From assembly GCA_030704615.1 (NCBI GenBank), contig CM060732.1:50778001-50842000 (forward strand): a stretch of DNA of 64,000 nt. The letters are read 5' to 3'. Position 1 is the first letter of the stretch, and the number at the start of each line of letters is the position of its first letter. Positions 63,081 to 64,000 of the stretch are shown piece after piece. The stretch comes from Takakia lepidozioides (Eukaryota > Plantae > Bryophyta). The position numbers and the translations under genes were made by a program. The notes beneath the pieces are model-generated. The model saw only the letters and a list, made by a program, of their open reading frames with translations, was not told the DNA's origin and made no database searches.

Positions 63081-64000
63081 CAAGACCACGGATTTCCCCA
63101 TGGATGAGGGAACTGCACCTCCCTTGGACCGGTGGATACAACAATGGAAGAAGATGGCATACAAGAAATTATTCATATCGGAGATTGAATCCCATCGCCG
63201 GACAATGCTATTGTCAGATGACTCAGGCGGCCCTCGTGCCGCTAAAAAACTGGTTTACAGGTACACCATTGTCCAAGCTCCCAACTCCGTTCTATTGGTA
63301 GTTCAGGGCTTGTTGTGAGCCACAGCTGTTAATGATCCCATAATACCAATTTTTATGCCACCTTCGTTGTCCAAACAGACGAAGGTATGAATAAACAACC
63401 AAGCATGTTACTTTAGTGACAGATAAGCTACCTCTGTCCACCGCAGGTGCCTGCAAATTGAAAGATATGCCACCTTTGGTTGACGAAGGTGGAGGCTGAG
63501 TGGGAGAACATAAAGAAAAAACGCAATAAATGGATGACCCAGGGAGGATGTAAGTGTCTCGTTTTATAGATTTAGCTATATCAATTTTCAAAATTTGAAC
63601 CTATTGTAGATGCAAGTGAATTCCTGCCATCGATTTCCCCAAAGTTGATCATACACGTCCGGGTCAAGCTTCGACCTTCGTCCGACGCAGGTCAGTTTTG
63701 TTTGAGCGTCCTCACTGTTTTGAGCTTCTCTAAACATTGTTTTGAGTGATTTCAGCGTTTTGAGAGGCTCAAAACATTGTTTTGAGCGAATAAATATTTC
63801 AAACAGTTGCGGTTTAAATCCATATGGTAACGGGTCCTCGATGTACTCTCTTTCTCAATGGTCAATGTCATTCTAATATATGCCGATGCTAATAAATAAT
63901 CTATATAATGTACCCACCTTGTTAGACGGAGGATCCCTAGAGGCGCAGTTGTGAGGTAAAGTACCCATGAATGATAAGTATAATCTACTAATTCAAATAT

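Overview
Repeat-rich nuclear DNA from a land plant. A non-seed lineage is inferred from the PLS-type PPR fragments and the style of the hAT and thaumatin sequences; the species cannot be fixed from this window. Host genes: two intact intronless dirigent genes facing each other (33702-34238 +, 41889-42458 -), a frameshifted class-V aminotransferase/cysteine-desulfurase-like gene (172-4345 -) and a disabled thaumatin-like gene (47473-48529 +). The rest is nested transposable elements, several with boundaries fixed by terminal inverted repeats (TIRs) and target-site duplications (TSDs): a LINE, a piggyBac transposase with an internal inversion, hAT, Tourist and pogo-type MITEs, a tRNA-derived SINE family, and Gypsy integrase and LTR relics. 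Most notable: (i) four anticodon-less tRNA-like hairpins with covarying acceptor stems downstream of the piggyBac transposase; (ii) a non-autonomous CACTA family (2 copies) carrying PLS-PPR fragments, one with a 195-bp in-frame tandem expansion; (iii) a decayed multi-exon gene with three tandem NIF/FCP1-like HAD domains, split by that CACTA; (iv) RING-H2 ORFs carried by a poly(A)/TSD retroposon and by a 7.5-kb Harbinger-like insertion. All calls come from reading the sequence; no database searches were run.
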